The position numbers were made by a program, and so were the translations under genes. A stretch of 64,000 nucleotides of DNA from Bacillota bacterium (GTDB lineage Bacteria > Bacillota_I > Bacilli_A > RF39 > UBA660), in the NCBI GenBank assembly GCA_015059435.1, contig SVAJ01000001.1:156657-220656 (forward strand). The letters are read 5' to 3'. Below, piece by piece: positions 1 through 8,574 of this stretch (position 1 is the stretch's first letter; each line of letters starts with the position of its first letter). Below the pieces are notes generated by a model. That model searched no databases and had not been told where the DNA came from. It saw only the letters and a program-made list of their open reading frames with translations.

Positions 1-339
1 TTCTAACCGATCTCCTGTACCAATAATAACACATTCTTTTGTTATATTAGCATAGGATATTAGGGGGGAGGTAATATTAATACGGCCCTGTTTATCGAAT
101 TCTGCTACAGTAGCTCCTGATAAAAAGAAACGTGTAAAGGTACGTGCATCTTTTTTAGTGAAAGGCAATGTTTCTAGTTTGTTTACGATTTTTTCCCAGT
201 TATCTTTTGGATATGCAAAAAGGCAATTTTCAATACCACGTGTTATAACAAATTCGTCTCCTAAGTCGTTACGAAATTTTGATGGTATTATCAATCTTCC
301 TTTATCATCAATAGAATGATGATATTCTCCCATAAACAT
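1..339 (-). CDS. mraZ: Transcriptional regulator MraZ, N-terminal 113 codons (3' end lies beyond the left window edge)
   Basis: Missing from the ORF track because it is open at the window edge. Manual minus-strand translation from the ATG at 339 gives [53 protein letters not shown]. This is the canonical MraZ N-terminus (MFxGEYxHxxDxKGRxxxPxKFR). A GGGGGA Shine-Dalgarno lies 5 nt upstream. Confidence 0.88.
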   Translation of the reverse strand, partial: MFMGEYHHSIDDKGRLIIPSKFRNDLGDEFVITRGIENCLFAYPKDNWEKIVNKLETLPFTKKDARTFTRFFLSGATVAEFDKQGRINITSPLISYANITKECVIIGTGDRLE

Positions 340-348
340 AAACATCCC

Positions 349-372
349 CCACTTTTCACCACCAGTTACCAC
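349..372 (-). promoter_or_regulatory. Putative MraZ operator: three GTGG direct repeats at exact 10-bp phasing in the mraZ leader
   Basis: The minus strand reads AGTGG-TAACT-GGTGG-TGAAA-AGTGG-GGGATG, with plus-strand CCAC at 349, 359 and 369. MraZ proteins are known to bind short GTG-containing direct repeats spaced one helical turn apart just upstream of mraZ. Confidence 0.55.
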
Positions 373-450
373 TGATTAATTATATATTACTTTATTAATA
401 AGAAAATGTAAATACAAAAAAATTGCTTTTTTTAAAAATTTACACATATT

Positions 451-480
451 TACAAAAAAATAAGTCAAACTACTTGACTT
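451..480 (-). terminator. Rho-independent terminator of the TPR gene
   Basis: The minus strand has stem AAGTCAA, loop GTAGT, stem TTGACTT, followed by ATTTTTTTG. The stem overlaps the TAA stop at 479-481. Confidence 0.7.
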
Positions 481-2056
481 ATTTTAAATTATATTTTTTA
501 TTAAATTTTTCTATTTGAGATAGTCGTTTAACTTTAGGCTTTTCCTCTATTTTATTCTTATCATCATAAATAGGATACATGTTAATTATTTGTTTAGTAT
601 TTGGTATTACCACAACTTTTAATTTATTAGCTTGTTCTCCTGTCATCGCATATCCAATATTTTCATAATCAAGATAATATATATCAACTAATTCTATTTT
701 TTGCAGTTTATCTGGTGTTAGTTTTTTCTCTACTTCTGTCATTAGTAATTCAATATCAGTACTAGGCATGAAATTAGATACATTTTTACTTTCTTCATTA
801 AATTGTATTTCTTTTATATGCTTAATTGTTTCGTCTCTATCATAGTTTATATATTGTTTTTCTAAATAATTATTATTATCATTATTATCAATTTCTTTAC
901 TTAATCCTTTATTAATAATAATACTAAGTATCTTATATTCTTTACTATATTTAGCTAATAAGTTTTTTTCTACTAACTTGTTTAGATTTTTTTCTGCTTC
1001 TATATAATTATTATTTCTTATTTCGATATATATAGTATTAAGTAAAGCTATCTTTTTATAGAAAACATTCTTTTCTATTTTTTTGAAATATTTTATAGCA
1101 AGATCATATTCTTTAGTTATTAATTTTAACATACCTAAATAATAATTCCCTTTATCTCTTTTATTTATATCTTTATTATCTCTAGCCTTTTTATAGTATT
1201 TTTCTGCATTGTCATAATCGCCTAAGTTCTCATGTGTTTTTCCTGCTAATAAATATATTTCACCATCTAATGTTTGATTATTATTTAGTAATTCTTCACA
1301 TATTTCCAGTGTTCTTTTATAATTCATAAAATGATTTTCTAGTTTACCTTCTTCAAGTTTGGCAGACCAGTATATTTTATTTTTCTTACCTGTTGCTACT
1401 TCATTATAATATTTTAGTGCTTCTTCATAATTATTATTAGCTGCTTCTATTCTACCTTTTTGAAGATTTACTTTTCTTCTAAATGATTCTTTCTCTATAT
1501 TTTTTATTTTCATAATATGGTTAAGTGCTTCCGGAACATGACCTGATGCTAATTCAATTTTAGATAATTGTAATAAAGAATAATCTTTAAATTTATCACT
1601 TACATCTAAAATCAATTTTTTTGCAGTTTTATAATCACATTCTTCTAACGCTATTTCACTTAATTCTATTTTAGAAAAATCTTCTTCATACGGACTTTCT
1701 TCTATAACTTTTTCAAAATATTTTTTAGATAATTCTTTGTTTCCCTCTGCTTTAGCTATACAACCTAATTGATACATGGCGGTATATTGATTTTTTTCTT
1801 CATTATCTATCAATGATTGAAATACTTCTTTTGCCTGATTAAATTCTTTTAAATCTGATAATATAATTCCTTTTAATAATTTACCAAAACAATCATCTGG
1901 ATATTGTTCCATATAATCATTTATTTCAGTTAATGCTTTACTATAGTTAGCTTGATTAACTATTTTCTTAATAGATTTATATCTATCAATTCTCTCATTT
2001 AAATCATTTCTATCTTTTATATCTTGATATTTTTTCTTATTATTTCTATTTCCCAT
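479..2056 (-). CDS. Tetratricopeptide-repeat (TPR) protein with a basic N-terminus and an unassigned ~110-aa C-terminal region
   Basis: 525-aa ORF with recurrent TPR-like helical pairs (YEEALKYYNEV, YDNAEKYYKKA, YDLAIKYFKKI, YSKALTEINDY). I recognised no catalytic or NTPase motif. Confidence 0.7.
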   Translation of the reverse strand: MGNRNNKKKYQDIKDRNDLNERIDRYKSIKKIVNQANYSKALTEINDYMEQYPDDCFGKLLKGIILSDLKEFNQAKEVFQSLIDNEEKNQYTAMYQLGCIAKAEGNKELSKKYFEKVIEESPYEEDFSKIELSEIALEECDYKTAKKLILDVSDKFKDYSLLQLSKIELASGHVPEALNHIMKIKNIEKESFRRKVNLQKGRIEAANNNYEEALKYYNEVATGKKNKIYWSAKLEEGKLENHFMNYKRTLEICEELLNNNQTLDGEIYLLAGKTHENLGDYDNAEKYYKKARDNKDINKRDKGNYYLGMLKLITKEYDLAIKYFKKIEKNVFYKKIALLNTIYIEIRNNNYIEAEKNLNKLVEKNLLAKYSKEYKILSIIINKGLSKEIDNNDNNNYLEKQYINYDRDETIKHIKEIQFNEESKNVSNFMPSTDIELLMTEVEKKLTPDKLQKIELVDIYYLDYENIGYAMTGEQANKLKVVVIPNTKQIINMYPIYDDKNKIEEKPKVKRLSQIEKFNKKYNLK

Positions 2057-2104
2057 AATATTCCCTCTTAGTTCTAGTATTATATCACTATTTTATCAAA
2101 ATAC

Positions 2105-2137
2105 AAAAAAATTTCTAATATTTAATTAGAAATTTTT
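2105..2137 (-). terminator. Rho-independent terminator of thrS
   Basis: Minus strand AAAAAATTTCTAATTAAATATTAGAAATTTTTT forms a long AT-rich hairpin with a T-run, 4 nt after the thrS stop. Confidence 0.65.
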
Positions 2138-2140
2138 TAT

Positions 2141-3901
2141 TTATTTTCTTGTTTTTGTTTTAATTTCTTCTTCTAGTAAATCAACAAAGTCATCAACACT
2201 TAATGTTGTTGTGTCTTTTTCTCCATGTAGACGATAACTTACTTCTTGAGATTCTTTTTCTTTATCTCCTAAGATTAATGTATATGGTACTTTAGATGTT
2301 TGTGCTTCTCTTAGTCTATAACCTAATTTTTCATTACGATCGTCTAATTCAGCTCTAATATTTTTTTCTTTTAGTAGTTCATATACCTGTTTTGCATATT
2401 CTCCTTGGAACTCAGGATTTACAGGTATTACTCTAACTTGTGTTGGAGCAAGCCATGTAGGAAGTGATCCTTTTGTTTCTTCTAAGTAATATGCAATAAA
2501 TCTATCAATAGATCCAAATACTGCTCTATGAAGTACAACTGGAGTTTTCTTGCTTCCATCAGTATCTACATATGTTAAATCAAATTTAGCTGGTAAGCAG
2601 AAATCTAATTGACATGTTGATAATGTAATTTCATTTCCAACAGCAGGTTTTACTTGTACGTCAAGTTTAGGTCCATAGAATGCTGCTTCTCCTATCTTTT
2701 CTACATAATCAATATTTAAGTCATTAAGAACTTGTCTTAACATATTTTCTGCTTTATCCCACATTTCATCATCCTGATGATATTTTACTTTATCTTCTTT
2801 ATCTCTTAAAGATAGTTCGAAACGATAATTTGTAATATTTAATTCTTTATAACATTCTAGAATTAAATCAACTACACCCTTAAATTCTTCTTCTACTTGT
2901 TCTAAAGTACAGAATATATGTGAATCGTTTTGACAGAATGTTCTAACTCTTTCAATACCTTTTAAAGCTCCACTTGCTTCATATCTACAATCTCTTGCGA
3001 TTTCTGCAATTCTTATTGGTAAATCTCTATAAGAATGAATATCATTTCCATAGATAACCATATGATGTGGACAGTTCATTGGACGTAATACAAATTCTTC
3101 TCCTTCTACTTCCATCTTTGGAAACATAGAATCTTGGTAATGTTCCCAGTGTCCACTAGTTTTATATAATTCAATATTTCCTAGTGGTGGAGTTTGAACA
3201 TGTAAGTATCCTCTTTTTAATTCTTTATCTCTAATATATGTTTCTAATAAATTCCAAACAGTAAATCCATTAGGTAAATACATTGGAAGACCTCTACCAA
3301 CTAAGTCACTCATCATATAAATTCCTAATTCTTTACCAATTCTTCTGTGATCTCTTTGTTTAGCTTCTTCTAATTCTTGAAGATGACTTTCTAAGTCTTC
3401 TGGTGTTTCAAAACAAATACCATATATTCTTTGTAGCATTTTGTTTTTAGCATCACCTTTCCAGTATGCACCACTTGTTTTTAATAATTTAAAGTTTTTT
3501 AATTCTTTTACACTATCTAGATGTGGTCCACGGCATAAGTCAGTGAAGTCTCCTTGAGTATAACAACTAATAACATTTTCATTTTCATCCATTCTAGATA
3601 TTAAATCTATCTTATATGGATCATCTTTAAACATTTCTAAAGCTTCTTCTTTAGATATTTCATTTCTTACTATTCTCTTACCATCTTTAGCAATTTTTTT
3701 CATTTCTTTTTCTATTTTTGGTAAATCTTCTTCAGTAATTACATTATCTCCTAGATCAATATCATAGTAGAATCCTTCTTCTATTACTGGTCCTACCCAA
3801 AATTTAGCTTCTGGATATATGTGTTTAATTGCTTGTGCAAGTAAGTGTGCACATGAGTGATTCATTACACTTAATTTTTCATTTTCTTTAATATTTATCA
3901 T
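2141..3901 (-). CDS. thrS: Threonine--tRNA ligase (short form, no N-terminal TGS domain)
   Basis: The 586-aa ORF starts directly at the editing-domain HxxxH motif (MNHSCAHLLAQAIKHIY...VGPVIEEGFYYD). It has a class II core (RPMNCPHH, GLPMYLPNG) and a C-terminal anticodon-binding domain. A Thr-specific T-box leader precedes it. Confidence 0.95.
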   Translation of the reverse strand: MINIKENEKLSVMNHSCAHLLAQAIKHIYPEAKFWVGPVIEEGFYYDIDLGDNVITEEDLPKIEKEMKKIAKDGKRIVRNEISKEEALEMFKDDPYKIDLISRMDENENVISCYTQGDFTDLCRGPHLDSVKELKNFKLLKTSGAYWKGDAKNKMLQRIYGICFETPEDLESHLQELEEAKQRDHRRIGKELGIYMMSDLVGRGLPMYLPNGFTVWNLLETYIRDKELKRGYLHVQTPPLGNIELYKTSGHWEHYQDSMFPKMEVEGEEFVLRPMNCPHHMVIYGNDIHSYRDLPIRIAEIARDCRYEASGALKGIERVRTFCQNDSHIFCTLEQVEEEFKGVVDLILECYKELNITNYRFELSLRDKEDKVKYHQDDEMWDKAENMLRQVLNDLNIDYVEKIGEAAFYGPKLDVQVKPAVGNEITLSTCQLDFCLPAKFDLTYVDTDGSKKTPVVLHRAVFGSIDRFIAYYLEETKGSLPTWLAPTQVRVIPVNPEFQGEYAKQVYELLKEKNIRAELDDRNEKLGYRLREAQTSKVPYTLILGDKEKESQEVSYRLHGEKDTTTLSVDDFVDLLEEEIKTKTRK

Positions 3902-3920
3902 ATTATCTCCTCCTTACAAA

Positions 3921-4119
3921 TAAAAAAAGAACAGTACAGGAGTGCATGAGCACGGTACCATCCTTTGTTTTTCTTACTTAAATAACGACTTACGCCGGAA
4001 TTACTTTTAATAATTCTACTCGAAAGGTAGTAATAAATTAAGCTTTAATTCGTTTTCACCAACCACGAACTCTCTATATAAAGTTATTAACTTATCTTGT
4101 CCTTCGTCAATGTATTTAC
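3921..4119 (-). promoter_or_regulatory. T-box riboswitch leader, threonine specifier (ACU)
   Basis: Features on the minus strand: Stem I AG-bay and distal loop (TATAGAGAGTTCGTGGTTGGTGAAAACGAA); specifier ACU followed by A at 4029-4031, directly above a closing helix AAGG/CCTT; T-box core AAAGGATGGTACCGTG (plus strand 3948-3965); terminator helix ending in TTCTTTTTTTT, 20 nt before the thrS SD. Confidence 0.85.
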
Positions 4120-4125
4120 ATATTT

Positions 4126-4154
4126 ATATTACCACTTTTAATTCATTTTGGCAA
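4126..4154 (-). promoter_or_regulatory. Sigma-A-type promoter of the thrS T-box leader
   Basis: Minus strand: -35 TTGCCA (4154-4149), a 17-nt spacer ending in TGG, and -10 TAATAT (4131-4126). Confidence 0.55.
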
Positions 4155-4160
4155 CATTTT

Positions 4161-4964
4161 CTATCTATTTGTCCATACAGGTGGAACATTCATAACTGAT
4201 TGTAATCCGTAAAAACCTTCAGTTAATCTTCTTCTTCCATAGTTGAAGAAACTTCCTAAGTCATAGCATGAACCATCATTATACATATTACAATCTACTA
4301 ACGCTATATGTAGGTGTACTCCTGTTGAATATCCTGTAGTTCCCATATAACCAAGTGGATCATTAGGACCTACTTCTTTGCCTACATATATATTATCTGC
4401 ATATCTTGATAAATGTACATATTGTGAAGTATAGTATTTTCCATCTATATTATGATTAACTGTAACAATTAGCGCACCTGCATAATCAGTATATATACTT
4501 GAAATTTTACCTCTAGCAATTGGATATATTACTTCATTAGTTCCTCTTGGACTAGTTATATCAAGAGCAAAGTGTGAGTACGTTACCCCTCCACTTATAA
4601 CTCCCATTTCACAAGGTAAATACCATTTTTTTGTATCTTCTTTTTTTGTTTCTTTAGTTTCTTCTTTTTCTTCTATTTTATTTTCTTCTATTACTGGTAA
4701 AACTACTTCTTGTGGTATTTCAGCATTTTTCATTTTGTTGTAATTCTCTATAACTTCACCTATACCAGTTTTTTCTACTTCTTTTTTATATTTTACATTA
4801 GCAGTAGCCATATCTTTTATATTAACATTCTCATAGTTTATGGCATAATCGTAACTATTATCTGGTAGTGTATTTATATACATACCACTTGATACTAGTA
4901 AAATACCTACTACTGATAGTATTACACTTTTTCCTCTCATTATGTAAATATCTGTTTTAGACAT
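4161..4964 (-). CDS. M23 (LytM) family metallopeptidase, membrane-anchored
   Basis: HxxxD (SHFALDI) and HxH (GVHLHIAL) M23 motifs follow an N-terminal TM segment. The start is set at MSKTDIYIMRGK because AAGGGGTG lies 5 nt upstream; the 13 extra codons in the track lack an SD. Confidence 0.85.
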   Translation of the reverse strand: MSKTDIYIMRGKSVILSVVGILLVSSGMYINTLPDNSYDYAINYENVNIKDMATANVKYKKEVEKTGIGEVIENYNKMKNAEIPQEVVLPVIEENKIEEKEETKETKKEDTKKWYLPCEMGVISGGVTYSHFALDITSPRGTNEVIYPIARGKISSIYTDYAGALIVTVNHNIDGKYYTSQYVHLSRYADNIYVGKEVGPNDPLGYMGTTGYSTGVHLHIALVDCNMYNDGSCYDLGSFFNYGRRRLTEGFYGLQSVMNVPPVWTNR

Positions 4965-5005
4965 AAAAACACCCCTTATTGGATAGGGGTTATAATAACA
5001 CACAG

Positions 5006-6955
5006 TTATTGTTTTGTCAAAATTTTTTGTTTTGTATCAGCTAAACTTTTATCTAAATTGTCATCACTTTTTTCTATTGCTTCTTCATCAATATGTTGTT
5101 TTTCTCCAATACGTTGATAATACTTTTCTATTTGTCTTTTATTAAGACTATCTGATAATCTATCTAATCTAGATTCTAAATAGTTTTTAGTATACTCATT
5201 TAATATGTGATGATCAACTAAATAAGTATTTATTAACATTTGATTAATAAGAGCATCTAGTCTTCTGCTAGGAGAAAATAATCTTAAATACAACTCATTT
5301 TCATCACTTACTTTATCATTTCCAATTGTATATATATTAGGTGATTTAATCTTTTTATCATATCTTAAAAAATTCAAATTTATATTATATTTTTCTTCTA
5401 ATGCTTGTATTGTATTTTCATATTCTCCATCGTTATTTTTTTTATATATAATAGGTAAGTTTTTCATATTAGTATACTCTGCTACTCTTCTAGCAGCATG
5501 TCTATTTATTACACAAAGCATATCATCAATACTTGTTTCACTTATTTCAGTACAATATGGATATGCTATATATGGATATGTTAACTCAAACAAATTATTT
5601 ATAGTTTCTTTAGTTTGTTCATTTTCTATTTTTTGCATATTATTATTGAAATCAGCAAATTTTAAATTGTCTTTTACTTCTATAATTGCCCTTTTAAAAT
5701 TAAATGATTCAAATTTAAAATCTTCATCTACTAAAAATTGATATGCTATTACTGGAACTTGTTTTCCTTTTAGTAAATTAGCATGCTTATATCTATATCT
5801 TGTACCAAATATTGTTGTATCTAGACCATCTAATATATTTTTATACTTAGTTTTTTCTTTCATTCTATTTGAACTTATAATATCGCTTACATCAATTGCA
5901 TATATAGTTAGTCTACAATGATTAGCATCTACACTCTCTATTGATATAGCATTTTCTAATAATTTAGCATTATTATTATCAATAGTAATTACATGACGAT
6001 CAGTCATATCTATTCTTTCTTTATCACTATCTTCCGCAATTAAGCTACTAATTTTATCAAATTCTATATTCTTATGATACTCTTCTTCTTTGTTATCTAA
6101 AAAGTCAATATCATTACCTATTTCAAATTGTTTTATTCGTTCATTTAAATCAGCTAATATATATTTCTTTTTCTCATTATCAGTTATTTTATATATTGTT
6201 GTGGTTATAAATGATCTCATTTTTTTATAGAATGACTCTTCAATTATATTTTCTTCATATAAATACAAGTAACTTGAAAACATATCAACTACTTTATCAT
6301 AATATATTTTTTCATAGTAATCATCTTTATTAACTAAATTATTATAATATCTATCTAATATCTTTTCAAAAATTAGTTTTCCATCATAGTCTTTAATTAT
6401 TGTTGCGTTTGGAAAATTATTTAATATAGATTCTAGTATTGCAATATCTTTAACATTAAATACTACATCTTTTATTAAACTAGCTATTTTATCTTCACTG
6501 ATTATATCTATTTTATTAGAAAAACTAAGTTTTTTTTCGAGGTTTGAAATGATACTTTCTATTTGTGAAGACATATTTAGTAAAAAGACTGTATTATTTA
6601 TTTCTTCTTTTGTTGAATTATTATTAATTCTATCTATTGATATTGTTTTAATTTTATTATTAATGCTAGTTAACAATTCTAAAGTATCATAAAGATTTTC
6701 ATCCGTAGTAATGTCTATTTTTCCTAGACTGTAACCAAAATATTTTATTAATTTAGATAAGTATTTATTATTTGAAACATCACTTTCAAAATTGTATTTA
6801 TCTAGTTTATTATGAAAGTAATCAGTTAAAAACTCCATTAAGTCATAATCTGTTTTTAAACCAAAATAATTTTTTAAATATTTAAATGTATGATTCGTTT
6901 TTTGTTTTAATATCTTGTCTAAATTTCTTTCATTTTCAGTTACTTCTTTACTCAT
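5006..6955 (-). CDS. RNB (RNase II/R) fold protein with a degenerate catalytic motif; the N-terminal ~310 aa are unassigned
   Basis: Colinear matches to RNB motifs: HVITIDNNNAKLLENAISIE (versus TIDxxxAxDxDDAxS), CRLTIYAIDVSDII (versus VHIADVSxYV), and YLRLFSPSRRLDALINQ (versus FTSPIRRYxDLxxHR). Three of the four catalytic Asp residues are replaced (A/L/N). Confidence 0.6.
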   Translation of the reverse strand: MSKEVTENERNLDKILKQKTNHTFKYLKNYFGLKTDYDLMEFLTDYFHNKLDKYNFESDVSNNKYLSKLIKYFGYSLGKIDITTDENLYDTLELLTSINNKIKTISIDRINNNSTKEEINNTVFLLNMSSQIESIISNLEKKLSFSNKIDIISEDKIASLIKDVVFNVKDIAILESILNNFPNATIIKDYDGKLIFEKILDRYYNNLVNKDDYYEKIYYDKVVDMFSSYLYLYEENIIEESFYKKMRSFITTTIYKITDNEKKKYILADLNERIKQFEIGNDIDFLDNKEEEYHKNIEFDKISSLIAEDSDKERIDMTDRHVITIDNNNAKLLENAISIESVDANHCRLTIYAIDVSDIISSNRMKEKTKYKNILDGLDTTIFGTRYRYKHANLLKGKQVPVIAYQFLVDEDFKFESFNFKRAIIEVKDNLKFADFNNNMQKIENEQTKETINNLFELTYPYIAYPYCTEISETSIDDMLCVINRHAARRVAEYTNMKNLPIIYKKNNDGEYENTIQALEEKYNINLNFLRYDKKIKSPNIYTIGNDKVSDENELYLRLFSPSRRLDALINQMLINTYLVDHHILNEYTKNYLESRLDRLSDSLNKRQIEKYYQRIGEKQHIDEEAIEKSDDNLDKSLADTKQKILTKQ

Positions 6956-6957
6956 TA

Positions 6958-7863
6958 TTACTTCCTCCTATTTTTACTTATTAATTCCATTGTGGTTGTT
7001 AGTTGTTTTATTCTTTCTATTATTCTTCTAGCTTTTACTTTGTCCACTCCAGAAGAAGTTATAGATAATGAATTTTCTAATTCTTCGATTGTTAAATTAG
7101 ATGTAAAAAATGTTGGAAGATTACTCTCCATACGGTATTGTAATATTGGACCTAGTATTTCATCTCTAGACCAATTACTACAATTTTCAGCTCCAATGTC
7201 ATCAAGTAATAGCAATGGTACTTTTTTTATGTAATTAAATTTTTCTGTATAATCTGTTTGGAAAGATGCTTTTAAACTTCTTAGAAATTCTGGATAATAA
7301 ATAAGTGCACATCTTTCTCCTTTTTTAGCCATTTCATTAAATAGCGCTGCTATTAAATATGTTTTTCCAGAACCAAATGATCCTGTTAGATACAATCCTT
7401 TTGGTTTATCTTCATTTTTATAATTATTCATAAACTCATTAAAATATTTAATAATTGGTAATCTTGATGAATCATCTTTATATAAGTTTTTAAATGAAGC
7501 TTCTTTTATTTCTTTAGGCATATCAAATAAATCTATATTAGATTTATATTCATCATCTATTAATTTTTTGTTCATTTTTTTACATGCAATATAAGAGAAA
7601 GTAATTAAATTACCATCTTTTTCTGGTGTGTATTTATATCCTTTTACTTTATTTTTACATGTTTCTAAATTTTTGCATTCATTACAGTTCTTACATTCTT
7701 CAAAACTATCTATTAGATTTGATGTATACTTCATTAATATTTCATCTTTAATATCAAGACTATCTACATAGTTTTTAAATTCTTTATTACTACAAGCATT
7801 TTGATAATCGTGTATTAGGGCAACCTCATCATATTTATCTAGTACGTTATCTATTTTTTTCAT
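6958..7863 (-). CDS. dnaI: Primosomal helicase-loader DnaI
   Basis: N-terminal Cys-rich Zn module (CKNCNECKNLETCKNK). AAA+ Walker A GSFGSGKTYL and Walker B LLLLDDIGAE. The C-terminal LPTFFTSN...KARRIIERI is colinear with B. subtilis DnaI. Start at MKKIDN with a GGTGGGTGA SD. Confidence 0.88.
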   Translation of the reverse strand: MKKIDNVLDKYDEVALIHDYQNACSNKEFKNYVDSLDIKDEILMKYTSNLIDSFEECKNCNECKNLETCKNKVKGYKYTPEKDGNLITFSYIACKKMNKKLIDDEYKSNIDLFDMPKEIKEASFKNLYKDDSSRLPIIKYFNEFMNNYKNEDKPKGLYLTGSFGSGKTYLIAALFNEMAKKGERCALIYYPEFLRSLKASFQTDYTEKFNYIKKVPLLLLDDIGAENCSNWSRDEILGPILQYRMESNLPTFFTSNLTIEELENSLSITSSGVDKVKARRIIERIKQLTTTMELISKNRRK

Positions 7864-7990
7864 TTTATCACCCACCTACAACAAAGTTTTTATATATTTT
7901 TATTCTACCTAAAATATTTTAAAAAGTCTACCTTAAAGAAACAATTTTACATATTGTTACAAAAGGTTACTTCTAACTTATTTGGAGTAT

Positions 7991-8040
7991 CTTCCATATG
8001 ATTATAATCACCATGTGGTGATTGTCAAAAAGTAAGTCGA
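7991..8040 (-). repeat. Junction module copy A (30-nt core 8011-8040 recurs at 8570-8599)
   Basis: The core TCGACTTACTTTTTGACAATCACCACATGG (minus strand) is 29/30 identical to copy B. Looser similarity continues for about 20 nt further. It lies directly after the terminator at 8054-8082. Confidence 0.8.
7999..8028 (-). promoter_or_regulatory. Consensus sigma-A promoter with a perfect palindromic operator as its spacer (candidate dnaI operon promoter)
   Basis: Minus strand: -35 TTGACA (8028-8023), a 16-nt spacer ATCACCA-CA-TGGTGAT that is a perfect 7+7 inverted repeat (8022-8007), and -10 TATAAT (8006-8001). A second palindrome, TGATTATAATCA (8010-7999), overlaps the -10. Confidence 0.6.
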
Positions 8041-8053
8041 ATAATGTATTCAA

Positions 8054-8082
8054 ATAAAAAAAAGAATGCTTTCACATTCTTC
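8054..8082 (-). terminator. Rho-independent terminator of the 78-aa ORF
   Basis: Minus strand: stem AGAATG, loop TGAAAG, stem CATTCT, followed by TTTTTTTTATTT. It starts 3 nt after the stop codon. Confidence 0.7.
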
Positions 8083-8084
8083 TT

Positions 8085-8321
8085 TTACATATGTCTTCCA
8101 GCTGATTTTTCATTTTGATTAAAGGAATTAGCATCTTGAGTTAATACAGATAAATCGACTCCTGATTCTTGTAATTCTTGTATTTTTTTTCGAGTGCTTT
8201 CAATTAAATCTTTTTCTAAAGGTTCAGCATCTTGAGTTAATACAGATAAATCGACTCCTGATTCTTGTAATTCTTGTATTTTTGTTTTTATTTCTTCATT
8301 ATCTTTATTTCTGATATTCAT
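8085..8321 (-). CDS. Small acidic protein containing an exact internal duplication (KIQELQESGVDLSVLTQDA x2)
   Basis: 78-aa ORF with a strong SD (AAGGAGAAAAGTT-ATG), its own extended -10 promoter, and a terminator. I recognised no family. Confidence 0.6.
   Translation of the reverse strand: MNIRNKDNEEIKTKIQELQESGVDLSVLTQDAEPLEKDLIESTRKKIQELQESGVDLSVLTQDANSFNQNEKSAGRHM
8131..8283 (-). repeat. Two perfect 57-bp direct repeats (8131-8187 and 8227-8283), period 96 bp, inside the 78-aa ORF
   Basis: gcatcttgagttaatacagataaatcgactcctgattcttgtaattcttgtattttt occurs twice without a mismatch. The 96-bp period preserves the reading frame. Confidence 0.95.
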
Positions 8322-8342
8322 AACTTTTCTCCTTATATATTC

Positions 8343-8378
8343 ATTATATCACACTCTGCTACTAAAAAAACAATTAAA
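8343..8378 (-). promoter_or_regulatory. Extended -10 promoter for the 78-aa ORF
   Basis: The minus strand reads GTGTGATATAAT (TGn + TATAAT, -10 at 8348-8343), about 20 nt upstream of the SD. The -35 region is poor (T-rich). Confidence 0.4.
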
Positions 8379-8495
8379 TATATAGTTAAATAAAAGGATT
8401 ATATATAATGGTTTCTGTTATATATTTTAATTCTGTATTTACTGTCTATAAAACTAAAAGTATTACCAAGTTTTTTTATAAATAATTATATTTAT

Positions 8496-8574
8496 CACAA
8501 TTAAAGATTACTTTTTCTACTTTAAAATTATTAACTAGATTAATAACTTCTCCCATATGATCAAAATCTCCATG
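8496..8574 (-). pseudogene. Decayed copy of a comEC internal fragment (metallo-beta-lactamase HGDxDH region)
   Basis: 69/79 nt are identical to comEC 10736-10814. The fragment reads HGDFDHMGEVINLVNNFKVEKVIFNC, then DKYNYL and a stop. It has no start codon, and in-frame stops lie immediately upstream. Confidence 0.75.
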
